Translations under genes and position numbers: made by a program | DNA from: Dehalococcoidia bacterium | GTDB lineage: Bacteria > Chloroflexota > Dehalococcoidia > UBA6926 | Assembly: GCA_963666115.2 (NCBI GenBank) | Contig: CAXXET010000008.1 | Location: forward strand, 128,001 to 192,000 | Reading direction: 5' to 3' | DNA length: 64,000 nt | Part shown: positions 9,772 to 19,139 of the stretch, piece by piece | How the letters are laid out: every line of letters begins with the position of its first letter | Position numbering within the stretch: the stretch's first letter is position 1 | Notes under the pieces: generated by a model | What the model saw: only the letters and a program-made list of their open reading frames with translations | Told to the model about the DNA's origin: nothing | Databases searched by the model: none

Positions 9772-11553
9772 TCAGACGTCGTTGTCTTGCGCCACCCCAC
9801 CATCATTACCGCGTGTCATCTGCTCGCCCCCTGCTCCGCGCCCCCGTATCAGCGCCTGGTAGTGCCGCCCCCACAAGGGATCGTTCTCCACCGACGTGAA
9901 GTCTTCCTGGCCCCAGATCCAGCTTCTGACTTCTTCGTTGGAGGCTACTGCGGCTCTTAGGGCGTTGACCGCTAGTTCCGCGCGGCCCTGGCGTCCCAGG
10001 ACGCGGGCGTACCAGAATAGGGCCTCCGCCGAATCGTCGGGGCGCGCCTTTACCGATGCGTTCAGGGAGTCCAGGGCCTGGGTTAACATTCCCACGTCGG
10101 CGAAGGCGACGCCGCGGTTGTAGAGGGCGTCGGCGTGATCGGGGGCGACGCGGAGAGCGGCATCGAACGAATCGATGGCCTCCATGGTGCGGCGCATCTG
10201 GGCGAGGGCGTTGCCGCGGTTGTTGAGGGCGTCCGGGTGGTCCGGCCGCAGCGCGAGGACGCGGTTGTATGACTCCAGCGCCGCCGCATAGTCCTGCAGC
10301 TCCATGTACGCATTGCCACGGCTGTTCTCGGCGTCCGCGTGGCGCGGCTCAATCTCAATCGCGCGTTCAAACTCGCCCAGCGCGTCGCCGAGCAGGTCTT
10401 TGCGGTAGAAGACGATGCCGCGCCCGTGGTGGGCGTCCGGGTGCCGCTCCACCAGTTGGAGTGCCAAATTGAACGAGCCGAGGGCATCGTCCAGCCTGTC
10501 CAACTGGTTCAGGACGAGGCCGCGATAGACGAGAGCCTCGACGTGATCGGGGCGCCGGAGGAGGGCGTCCTGGAGGGCGATGAGGGCGTCTTCGGCCTTG
10601 CCGACGGCCAGCAGGGCGCGCCCCCTGGCGGAGAGGGCGCGGGCGTGGCCGGGCTCGAGGGCGATGGCGCGGTCGCACGCCGCAATCGCCTCGTCGTACC
10701 GCTCCAACTCTATGAGGGCGGCGGCGACGTTGACGTGCATGACGGGGAGGTCTTCGTGGTCGTGGAGCGCCTCCTGGAACGACGCCAGGGCCTGCTGCGT
10801 CTGGCCGGCGAGCATGAAGACGTTGCCGGAGTTGACCTTCGGCTCGATCAGGTCAGGGTCGATTTCAATGGCGCGGCGGTAGCTGGCAAAGGCGGGCTCC
10901 ATGCGCCCGAGCCGGACGAGGACGTTGCCGCGGTTGTTGAGGGCGTGGGCCGGGCGGACTGCGCCGAGCCGCAGGACGCGCTCCATCGCCTCCAACGACT
11001 CATCGAAGCGGCTCAGTTCCGCCAGGGCCGCCGCGCGGCCCCCGATGGCGTTCACGTTCTCGGAATCGACGGCGATGACCCTGTCAAAGCTGCGGAGGGC
11101 ATCCTGCGGCTTGGCGAGAGCCAGGAACGAGACACCGCTTGCGTAGGAGACCTTTCCGACGATCTTGCGGTTGCGGCGGGCGAAATCGAAGGATTCAACG
11201 GCGGCATCGAACTGGCGCTGCCGCATGAGCGCGAGGCCGCGCAGATACCAGATGTCCGGGGCCTGCTTGTCCGTTGCGCCGTCAAGCGCGTACTCATAGG
11301 CGACGAGGGCGCGGAGCCAATCGCCGCTGCTTGCCCACGCGCGCCCCTCGAGGAGCCAATCCGGGGTGGTCTTGTCATCGGAGGCCAGCTCGAGGAGGTG
11401 GTCCAGGAGGATGCCGATCTGCCCGGCGGCGTCCGGGAGGCGGGAGGCGAGCAGGTCGGCATTGACCCAATCATCGCCTCGCGGCCAGTCCAGCGGACTC
11501 TCGAGGAGTTCGATGGCGGTGCCCCGGAGATCGAGGAGGGGCGGCAGGCTCAC
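9772..11553 (-). CDS. Tetratricopeptide repeat protein
   Basis: Many 34-aa TPR units (ALNNRGNVL..LGR..A.ASY.RA). Confidence 0.9.
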   Translation of the reverse strand: MSLPPLLDLRGTAIELLESPLDWPRGDDWVNADLLASRLPDAAGQIGILLDHLLELASDDKTTPDWLLEGRAWASSGDWLRALVAYEYALDGATDKQAPDIWYLRGLALMRQRQFDAAVESFDFARRNRKIVGKVSYASGVSFLALAKPQDALRSFDRVIAVDSENVNAIGGRAAALAELSRFDESLEAMERVLRLGAVRPAHALNNRGNVLVRLGRMEPAFASYRRAIEIDPDLIEPKVNSGNVFMLAGQTQQALASFQEALHDHEDLPVMHVNVAAALIELERYDEAIAACDRAIALEPGHARALSARGRALLAVGKAEDALIALQDALLRRPDHVEALVYRGLVLNQLDRLDDALGSFNLALQLVERHPDAHHGRGIVFYRKDLLGDALGEFERAIEIEPRHADAENSRGNAYMELQDYAAALESYNRVLALRPDHPDALNNRGNALAQMRRTMEAIDSFDAALRVAPDHADALYNRGVAFADVGMLTQALDSLNASVKARPDDSAEALFWYARVLGRQGRAELAVNALRAAVASNEEVRSWIWGQEDFTSVENDPLWGRHYQALIRGRGAGGEQMTRGNDGGVAQDNDV

Positions 11554-12252
11554 GCGCGCTGCCTCCCGTTGTCCGCGCCTTCCGCGAGGATATCGCCGAT
11601 GGACGTGCCGGCGGGCGCGGCGTCTTCAGCGGGGGGCGGGGGGGGCTTGCGGCGGGGCGTCCTGGACGGCGAACGGGGAGACGATGGGGATGTCCTCGAA
11701 TGCGGTTGAGCCGTCCGCGCGGAGGCGGCGCAGTTCGGTTTCGGCCTCGGCGAGATAGGAGGCGATTGCGTCGCGCTCGATACGGGCAATCTCGGGGCGG
11801 GCGCGGAGGAATCCACGGAGGACGGCGTGGTAGCGCTCCGCCGCGACCACAAGCTCGGCGGCGAGCGTTTGGCGCTCCTCCTCGCTGTCCCCGGCGGCGG
11901 CTGACAGGCGGAGGCGGATCGCGTTGACAAGCTCGCCCTGCCGCTTGACGGCGTCAGCCTCCGCAGCGGCGGCCTGCTGATCAAGCTCCCTGTTTCGCAG
12001 TTCCGCCTGGCTGCGGAGGGTGAGCGCGAGAATGACCAGGGCGGCGAACGCGATGACGGTGACGGCCATGGGGATGAAGCCGGCGGCGATGCCGCTGCCG
12101 ATGGTTGAGAAGGGGATGGTGATGAGGCCGGTCAGGTGGAGGATGGCGAGAATCGTGGAGGTGAGGATCAGCACGATGGCGGCGGCGAGCGTGAGGATGC
12201 GCCACTCGCCGAGGAGCGATTCAGGGTTCAGCAGGGCGCGGAACGTGTTCAC
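11550..12252 (-). CDS. Hypothetical two-TM membrane protein (frameshift in the G/C run near 11630-11646)
   Basis: 208-aa ORF 11626-12252 continues in another frame (PPPPAEDAAPAGTSIGDILAEG) to a stop overlapping the TPR start (GTGA). Confidence 0.6.
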
Positions 12253-12279
12253 AACGAAATAGGCCGGTTGGTTTGCCGT

Positions 12280-13626
12280 TCACCGCGCGATGAGCTGCTC
12301 AAACCGCGACGCGACGTCCGGGTCCGAATAGAGCGCGCCAAAGTCGGTTTCCGTCTTGGCCTGTTCACGCAGCGTGGGGGATGCGGCGACGGCCTGGCGG
12401 AGGGCGTCAAGGGCTTCCGCCGTCTGTCCCAGCCGGCTTTGCGCCCTGGCCTTGTGGAAGAGCGCGTCGGCAAAGCCGGGGCGCAGGACGGCGGCGCGGT
12501 CAAATGCGGCGACGGCCTCCCGGAACTGCTCCAGCCGCGCAAGGGCGACACCCCGGCCATAGTGGGCCTCCGGGATGTCCAGGCGCAGGCGCAGGCAGCG
12601 CTCAAAGGACTCCGCGGCCTCCTCAAACTGCCCCATGCGGGAGTAGGTGACGCCCCGGTTGTAGTGGGCGCGGGCGAAGGCGGGGCGAAGGCGGATGGCC
12701 TGGTCATAGGAGCGCAGGGCCTCGTCATTGCGGCCGGCGAGGGCGAGCGCATTGCCGAGGTCGTTGTGGAGGTCAGGGTTGTCGGACAGGTAGGCGCGGG
12801 CGCTCTCAAAGCCCGCGATGGCGTCATCGAGGCGACCGGAATCGGAGAGGGCGCGGGCGCGGTCGTAGATGATGTCGCCGTCCTGGCCGCTGATGCGGAG
12901 CGCGGCGTCGAAATCCCGGACGGCATCGTCGAACCTGTCCATGTCGGCAAGGACGTTGCCGCGCCCGGCCAGGATGTCCGGATCGGCATCGCCGCTCGCG
13001 GACACGAGCGCGTCATAGACCTGGAGGGCCTCGCGCAGGTCGCCGTCGCGCTGGAGGGAGACGGCGTAGAGGAGGCGAATTTGGGCGTCGTCCGGCGTTT
13101 CGCGCAGGGCCTGCCTATAGGCGACCGCCGCGCGTTCGTCATCGCCGATGGCAAGGTAGGCGTTGCCGCGAACCACCCAGTCCTGCGCCGAGAAGGACTC
13201 CAGGACGGCGGAGCTTTCAAGGAGCTTGCGCACGTCGGCCCGCAGATTGGCCTGGACAGCGTTGGCGGAGGCGGCATCGCGGGAGGAGGGGGCGCGGCTC
13301 CTCAAGGCGCGCTGGGCGCGCCACGCCTCCTCGTGGGATTCATACATGCGGCGGAGGCGCTCGGCCTCCTCGTTGTCGCCGCGCCGCTCGGCGGAGGCGA
13401 TCTGGCGCTCAAAGCTGCGCCAGAAGTCCTGCTCCACCTCGGCGCGGACTTCCTCGCGGTCGGGGGCGTCAGCGCCGTCTGCGTCCTCCGGCAGGGCTTG
13501 GGCGCGGCGTCGCTCGGACATGTCGCGGAGGAGGCTGCTGAAGAATTGCGCGCGCCATTCGAGGTACGCGCCGCCGATCAGCGCGGCCACAACAAGCACA
13601 ACAATTATGAGCGTTAAGTCCAACAT
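12280..13626 (-). CDS. Membrane-anchored TPR protein
   Basis: N-terminal TM LTLIIVVLVVAALIGGAYL followed by TPR units (AHYNRGVTY, AHYGRGVAL). Confidence 0.88.
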   Translation of the reverse strand: MLDLTLIIVVLVVAALIGGAYLEWRAQFFSSLLRDMSERRRAQALPEDADGADAPDREEVRAEVEQDFWRSFERQIASAERRGDNEEAERLRRMYESHEEAWRAQRALRSRAPSSRDAASANAVQANLRADVRKLLESSAVLESFSAQDWVVRGNAYLAIGDDERAAVAYRQALRETPDDAQIRLLYAVSLQRDGDLREALQVYDALVSASGDADPDILAGRGNVLADMDRFDDAVRDFDAALRISGQDGDIIYDRARALSDSGRLDDAIAGFESARAYLSDNPDLHNDLGNALALAGRNDEALRSYDQAIRLRPAFARAHYNRGVTYSRMGQFEEAAESFERCLRLRLDIPEAHYGRGVALARLEQFREAVAAFDRAAVLRPGFADALFHKARAQSRLGQTAEALDALRQAVAASPTLREQAKTETDFGALYSDPDVASRFEQLIAR

Positions 13627-13685
13627 ATAGGGGAAAGGGTACTCCGTACGGGGGCAGACGGCAACATGGGGGGCTCCGGGCATGG

Positions 13686-13722
13686 GGGTTCACCCTTCGA
13701 CAGGCTCAGGGTGAACGGGGGG
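13686..13722. repeat. REP-like palindrome (cccttcgacaggctcagggtgaac family)
   Basis: Same motif at about 24985, 37921, 38982 and 48840 (inverted). Confidence 0.7.
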
Positions 13723-13749
13723 GTCATTGAGGCTTTGGATTCTTCCCGG

Positions 13750-13776
13750 TAGTCTACCGCCTACTCCGCCGCGAAC
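13750..13776 (+). repeat. 27-bp copy of the 3' end of the RND permease gene
   Basis: tagtctaccgcctactccgccgcgaac is identical to 45648-45674. Confidence 0.85.
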
Positions 13777-13972
13777 ACCGAGACCTGCCAGCCCCGCCGG
13801 TCAGGGTAGCGGCGGAGTGACTCCATACCCTGCCAAGCCCTTGTATAGTGAGTGTGAACGAGAGAAATCCGGATGAGGCGATGCGAGTAATTGCAGCAGA
13901 TACCAGGGAGACACCAGCGGACACTGGAGCGAATGCGATCAAGCCCCACGCCTGTGGACATGGAGAGGGCTG

Positions 13973-14203
13973 ATGCTTGAATACAAGGGGTACGTCGGCG
14001 AGGTGGTCTATGACGATGAGGCCGAGGTTCTGCACGCCAGGGTCATCAACAGCGGCCCATACTCGATAGCCAATGCCGAGGCGACCGACGTGGAGGGCAT
14101 CAAGCGTGAGTTCCGCGTCTCGATCGATGTCTATCTTGCCGGCTGCGCCGAGCTTGGAATCGAGCCGATCAAGCCCATTGCAGTTCCCGTTGCGTCCGGT
14201 TAA
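13973..14203 (+). CDS. hicB: HicB-family antitoxin (short, no recognisable hicA)
   Basis: MLEYKGYVGEVVYDDEAEVLHARV...FRVSIDVYLAGCAELGIEP. Confidence 0.75.
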   Translation: MLEYKGYVGEVVYDDEAEVLHARVINSGPYSIANAEATDVEGIKREFRVSIDVYLAGCAELGIEPIKPIAVPVASG

Positions 14204-14260
14204 GGCGCCCCATCACCCCTCCCCAAACAACCCCCCCTCACCCCAGAACCGGCGCCAACG
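14197..14260 (+). repeat. Left direct repeat of the EcoRII cassette (PIG-L 3'-end sequence)
   Basis: Core tcacccctccccaaacaaccccccctc is identical at 14213, 17181 and 46308. Confidence 0.85.
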
Positions 14261-14322
14261 GGCGGAAGCGCTTGGGAGTGCTCACGCTGGCCTCGTCACC
14301 TTGGGGCTGGAGGAGATGGCGC

Positions 14323-15533
14323 TTATTGGAGTAGCCTCAAATCGCCAAGAAAGCTCTCCAGAGTCTGTAGATGCGGCCGGATGCTGGACGAATAGCTGTC
14401 GTGCAAAGACTTCGGCACAACAAGGCTCAGATTGGCCTCCTGAATCTCCCTGAACTGATTGTCAGACAAGCCGGGTTGCAGAGTGAGAACGTGCTTGTTC
14501 GGAATTCTGGCTGCCTCCTGCATTATTTGGCGCCAACGGTCGCGCAACGTCGTCTTCACAGCCAACATTCGCAGCCGATTGCCGGGAAAGGCAGAGTCAT
14601 GATATGAGGCGGCGCTTGGGAATAGAAAGTCCGGTTCACGCTTGTCTTCAGTGCGCTGCTTGTAGTCGAAGGTGGTTCCTTCCAGGAAGTTCTCTTCCAG
14701 GAGGATTTGCCTCACATTTAGTTCTAACGCCCCGCCTGCGCGAGACCGGCGTCTCTGCAACACAGACTGGGCGTGCCTGCGAAATTCAGCCATAGTCCTC
14801 GTAGCCCTCCTTAACCCTGGGCAACTCTACGGCCTCTTCAAGGCTGTCAGTTAGCCTATGCTGGCAGTCCCATCGGGTTGTGAGTCTTTCTATCAACGTC
14901 GTCGAATGCGCCGGGCCTCAACTCCAATACCTTACCAAGAAGCTCATTTCCCGAAGGATAGTTCTCAAGCCATTCTGATGGCAGTTCGTCGACGGAGAGT
15001 ACGCAGCCGCTCCTTCCTGCTCGATAGCTGCCGTCTCTCGACCACGTGCGAGGCATACCGGGTTCAACCGGGCCCATCAGTTCGGTAACCAGGTCCTCTT
15101 CCGTGGCGTAGTCGCACACCCAGACTTGGCAGCGCGGACTGCCGTTGCCAGAGGCTCCGTGAAAGGCGAAGACTGTCAGTGCCCCGGTGCTCTCCGGATC
15201 CAGGAGTGGGCTGGATGCGCCACCCCAATTCGTAATCCGTGTCTCATTGCGCGTCCTTCCTTGCGTCACCTTGTTGTTGTACCAGGTGGCCGTCACAGTT
15301 CTGAAATCGGCATGGCTGTCAATCGCAACATCGAACTGAATCTTGGGGTTATGCACTTCGGGGCTGTGCAACTCAGGCAGGAAACTGAACATCGTCTGAT
15401 TCGGAACCAGCAAACCTGCCTGATGGCTGTCATTGGCCTGGGTATCGTTGGCCGATAGACGTTTGGCCCACAGAAAAGTAGCCTGCTCCGCTTGCTCCTC
15501 AAGCCAATCACCCAGATACTGTATCGGCATCAC
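14323..15533 (-). CDS. EcoRII-like type IIE restriction endonuclease, split by two +1 frameshifts (about 14797 and 14889)
   Basis: N-terminal KRLSANDT..NDSHQAG effector domain; C-terminal RRRSRAGGALE, EPDFLFP, MLAVKTTLRDRWRQI; the intervening frame reads DRRLTTRWDCQHRL...LEEAVELPRVKEGY. Confidence 0.8.
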
Positions 15534-15985
15534 AGCCCTCCAATTTCATGATCCGGCGTGTCGCCATTCAGCCATTCTTCGATCTCATCCAACAATCGAT
15601 CCAACGGCTTCCGAGTCTTACCTTTCAGGGCGCATTCCCAAACGCGGAGTTGTCGCCAGCCTTGGTGGGCAATCGATTGCCGTACTACTGTATCGCGATT
15701 CACTGAGGAGCCGATCTTTTCCCGCCAGAACCTCTGATTTGTCGATGGCCACTTGAAGAGATGGCAGCCGTGGGCATGCCAGAAACAGCCGTGAACGAAG
15801 ATCACGGCTGTTCTTGAAGCAAAAACCAGATCCGGTCTGCCGACCACGTTATTGGCATAGAGCCGGTACCGGAAGCCTCTACGATGCAGGCCGCGTCGAA
15901 TCAGTAGCTCTGGCTTCGTGTTCGAGCCCTTGATCCCCGCCATCATGCGGCTGCGGGTCTCGGTGTCTACGACGTCAGGGGCCAT
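15530..15985 (-). CDS. vsr: Very short patch repair endonuclease
   Basis: RSRMMAGIKGSNTKPE, GRPDLVF, FVHGCFWHAH, LRVWEC. Confidence 0.95.
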   Translation of the reverse strand: MAPDVVDTETRSRMMAGIKGSNTKPELLIRRGLHRRGFRYRLYANNVVGRPDLVFASRTAVIFVHGCFWHAHGCHLFKWPSTNQRFWREKIGSSVNRDTVVRQSIAHQGWRQLRVWECALKGKTRKPLDRLLDEIEEWLNGDTPDHEIGGL

Positions 15986-16009
15986 GTCACGGCCTTTCCG
16001 GAACCTGGC

Positions 16010-17134
16010 TCACCGGGAAAGTAGCGGGGATAGGGCATGTTCCGCGACGGCCTCCCCTACGGTGGCAACGACTGCGTTTCCAAATTGCTTGTATGCTTGC
16101 GTGTCAGAAACCGGAATCCTGAATTTGTGAACGGCTGTATCAAAGCCCATGAGGCGTGCGCATTCCCGAGGTGTCAGACGGCGCGGGTTGCCCCTTCCTC
16201 GCTTGACGAGGATTTCAGACCCGTCCTTGTAGTATCGTGCCGACATAGTTCGTGCAACATCTTCGGGCCCCACCAGACCAAAGCCAAAGCCATTGCCCCG
16301 CTTCCTGTGCTTTTCGGCGTAGTCACGCAGATAACGCCACAGGTGGTTAGTCAGAACGTACCGCCTATGCACTTTGCCTGATTTTTCCGTATATCGCTCC
16401 TCGCGTTCCTCGGTTCCATCCTCAGGGTGAAGTATCGCATTTAGCCTTGGTCCGTGATGCGGGTCCGGTACGTTCATCGTGTCGAGCGAGATGCCGTCGT
16501 TGTCCCGATAGCCAACAATGAAAATACGCTCGCGATGCTGTGGCACATACCCTTTGGCGTCTATCACCCGATAAGTGATGTTGTAGCCGAGCTCAACTTG
16601 CAGCGTCTCGCGAATAATCCTGAAAGTGTTTCCCTTGTCGTGATTGACGAGATTCTTGACGTTCTCCAGGACAAACATCTTGGGGCGATGGTGAGCAATG
16701 ACCCGGGCCGTATCGAAGAAGAGGGTCCCCTGAGTGTCACAGCGGAATCCTGTGGGCTGACCAATCGCGTTCTTCTTGCTGATGCCTGCTATGGAGAAGG
16801 GCTGGCAGGGAAAGCCCGCAAGTAACACGTCGTGCTGGGGGATTTGCTCCTCGCGGACTTGCCTGATGTCCCCCGCCATCATGTGACCGAATGGATCCTC
16901 GAAATTTGCGCGGTAAGTCCGTTGGGCATTGGCGTCGATTTCGCTGGTGAATACGCACTGCCCGCCAGCGATGTCGAAGCCTCGCCGAAGTCCGCCAATC
17001 CCTGCAAACAGATCGATGAAACGGAATTGAGGCCTTGATCGTCCGTCCGTCCCACTCAAACCGCAATGCCTCCCTGTCAGGTTAGTGAACGCCTGTTCTT
17101 TGGAAATGTTACCACACATTCGCGGCATTTGCAT
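16010..17134 (-). CDS. dcm: DNA cytosine-5 methyltransferase (Dcm/M.EcoRII-like); start uncertain
   Basis: [54 protein letters not shown]. Confidence 0.92.
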   Translation of the reverse strand: MQMPRMCGNISKEQAFTNLTGRHCGLSGTDGRSRPQFRFIDLFAGIGGLRRGFDIAGGQCVFTSEIDANAQRTYRANFEDPFGHMMAGDIRQVREEQIPQHDVLLAGFPCQPFSIAGISKKNAIGQPTGFRCDTQGTLFFDTARVIAHHRPKMFVLENVKNLVNHDKGNTFRIIRETLQVELGYNITYRVIDAKGYVPQHRERIFIVGYRDNDGISLDTMNVPDPHHGPRLNAILHPEDGTEEREERYTEKSGKVHRRYVLTNHLWRYLRDYAEKHRKRGNGFGFGLVGPEDVARTMSARYYKDGSEILVKRGRGNPRRLTPRECARLMGFDTAVHKFRIPVSDTQAYKQFGNAVVATVGEAVAEHALSPLLSR

Positions 17135-17180
17135 CCTTCGTCCGTAGCCAGCTGCACTTGACCGGTAAGGCCGCCCCCCC

Positions 17181-17545
17181 TCACCCCTCCCCAAACAACC
17201 CCCCCTCCAATCCCCCCCCCGCCATCCAAAACCGCCGGCGCCAACCGCGCATAAAGCTCCCGCGGCGCCAGCCGCCTCCGCAGCCCAGGCGAAAGCAGCT
17301 CCCACCGCCGCATCCACCAGGCCCCCTCCCTCAACGCCGTCGTATAGCACTGCGCAGCCTCCAGCCGTTGCGCCAGCACGCTCCGCACGTCAATCGCCGT
17401 CGTCGGTCGTTGCGATTCCTGCGCGCTCCGCAGCGCGTCGCCCATGTCGTCCAGGTTCTTGCTCCGGGCCAGCCGTCCAATACGCAGCCGCACCGATGAG
17501 GATGTGGGCGAGGTCGCCCGTTGCGCCGGTGGCGTCGAAGGGGGG
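17181..17545 (-). pseudogene. Divergent, internally deleted 3' fragment of the PIG-L deacetylase gene
   Basis: Encodes FDATGATGDLAHILIGAA then LRIGRL...[13 protein letters not shown]...[23 protein letters not shown], paralogous to 46308-46760. Confidence 0.85.
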
Positions 17546-17627
17546 TGTGACATGGGGGGTTGCGCGGTTGGGACGGGTGTTCTTATTTTGGTGGCATTGA
17601 GCGGCGCATGGCATGGAGGTGAGGCGG

Positions 17628-18518
17628 ATGGCTCTTACATTGACGGAGGCGGGGAAGCTTTCGAACGACGTTCTGCTGCAGGGCGTGATCGAGACGGTGA
17701 TCAAGGACAGCCCGGTTTTGCAGACGCTGCCGTTCATCGAGATCGTCGGGAACGGCCTGACGTACAACCGGGAGCGGACGGCGCCGACGGTGGGGTTCTA
17801 CGGCGTGGGCGACACGTGGTCGGAAAGCACGCCGCGGTTCACGCAGTTGACGGCGACGCTCTCAATCATGGGCGGCGACGCGGACGTGGACAACTACCTG
17901 CTGACGACGCGCTCCAACATCCAGGACCTGGAGGCGGCGGTGGTGCAGTTGAAGGCGCGGGCGCTCCAGCACAAGTTCGAGGACACGTTCATCAACGGGG
18001 ACACGGACAGCGATTCGGACTCGTTCGACGGCGTCGGCGTGCTGGCGACGGGGGACCAGGCGCTCTCGATGGGGGCGAACGGGGGCACGCTGACGCTGGA
18101 CAAGCTGGATGAGTTGATCGACGCGGTGCAGGGCGGGAAGCCGGACATGATCCTGATGAGCCGCCGCTCCCGCCGCGCGCTGAATTCGCTGGCGCGGAGC
18201 TCCGGCTCGGGCATCGTCGTGTCTGACCGCGATGAGCTTGGGCAGATGGTCCAGTACTACGACGGCGTTCCCATCGGCGTGAACGACTGGATCTCGGACG
18301 CGCAGACGGTGGGGACAAGCTCGGACTGCTCGACGATCTTCGCGTACCAGGCGGGCGAGGGCGGCCTGGTGGGGTTGACGTCGCCGGGCGGCTTGCAGGT
18401 GGAGCGCGTGGGGAGCCTGGAGACGAAGGACGCGCGGCGGACGCGGATGAAGTGGTACGTGGGGATGGCGTTGTTCAATGCGGCGAAGCTGGCGAAGTTG
18501 GAGGGGGTTCGCGGGTAG
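17628..18518 (+). CDS. Phage major capsid protein (HK97-like)
   Basis: MALTLTEAGKLSND...LPFIEIVGNGLTYNRE, GGDADVD, FINGD...FDG, LDKLDELID, YDGVPI; RBS GGAGGTGA. Confidence 0.85.
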   Translation: MALTLTEAGKLSNDVLLQGVIETVIKDSPVLQTLPFIEIVGNGLTYNRERTAPTVGFYGVGDTWSESTPRFTQLTATLSIMGGDADVDNYLLTTRSNIQDLEAAVVQLKARALQHKFEDTFINGDTDSDSDSFDGVGVLATGDQALSMGANGGTLTLDKLDELIDAVQGGKPDMILMSRRSRRALNSLARSSGSGIVVSDRDELGQMVQYYDGVPIGVNDWISDAQTVGTSSDCSTIFAYQAGEGGLVGLTSPGGLQVERVGSLETKDARRTRMKWYVGMALFNAAKLAKLEGVRG

Positions 18519-19124
18519 ATGAGCACGTTGACGGAGGTGCGGACGCGGGTGCGGCGCGACCTGCACGACGAGGATTCGACGGGGTACCGCTGGACGGACG
18601 ACGTTCTGGACCGGCACATCGAACGCGCGCTGGCCAAGGTGTCAACGGTCGCGCCGCAGGAGAAGACGGCGTCCAGGACTTTGGCGGGCGGGAGCCGGGA
18701 GATCTCCGTCGCCGACCTGACGGACCGCGTGGCAGTGGAGGCGGTGGAGTATCCCGTGGGCCACTACCCGCCGGCCCGCGTGCGGTTCAACCAGTGGGGC
18801 GACACGCTCCTGCTGAGCCTGCCCGCGGCGCCGGCGGGCGGGGAGAGCGTGACGGTGTACTACGGGGCGCTGCACCGGCTGACGGACAGCGCGTCCACGC
18901 TGCCGGAGTCGCTGGAGGAGCTGGTGATCACGGGGGCGGCGGCATACGCGGCGGTGGAATGGGCGGGGTACGCGGTGAACCGGCTCAACGTCGGGGGGCA
19001 GGACGTGTGGCGGCAGTACCTGACGTGGGGGGAGGAGCGGATGGCGGACTTTGAACTGCAACTTGCGCGAATCGGGCGGCGCTCCGGCTTCCGCCTCCAC
19101 CAACTCTTCAATCCGGACGAATAA
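18519..19124 (+). CDS. Putative head-tail adaptor/connector protein
   Basis: Directly abuts the capsid stop; MSTLTEVRTRVRRDLHD...RWTDDVLDRHI resembles adaptor N-termini. Confidence 0.55.
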   Translation: MSTLTEVRTRVRRDLHDEDSTGYRWTDDVLDRHIERALAKVSTVAPQEKTASRTLAGGSREISVADLTDRVAVEAVEYPVGHYPPARVRFNQWGDTLLLSLPAAPAGGESVTVYYGALHRLTDSASTLPESLEELVITGAAAYAAVEWAGYAVNRLNVGGQDVWRQYLTWGEERMADFELQLARIGRRSGFRLHQLFNPDE

Positions 19125-19139
19125 CAGGAGCGGTCAGTC

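Noticed and set aside
13843-13975. hicA toxin upstream of hicB
   Set aside because: The 39-aa ORF there lacks recognisable HicA features
17135-17350. Gly/Ala-rich N-terminal extension of dcm
   Set aside because: It is an off-frame reading of the PIG-L pseudogene fragment
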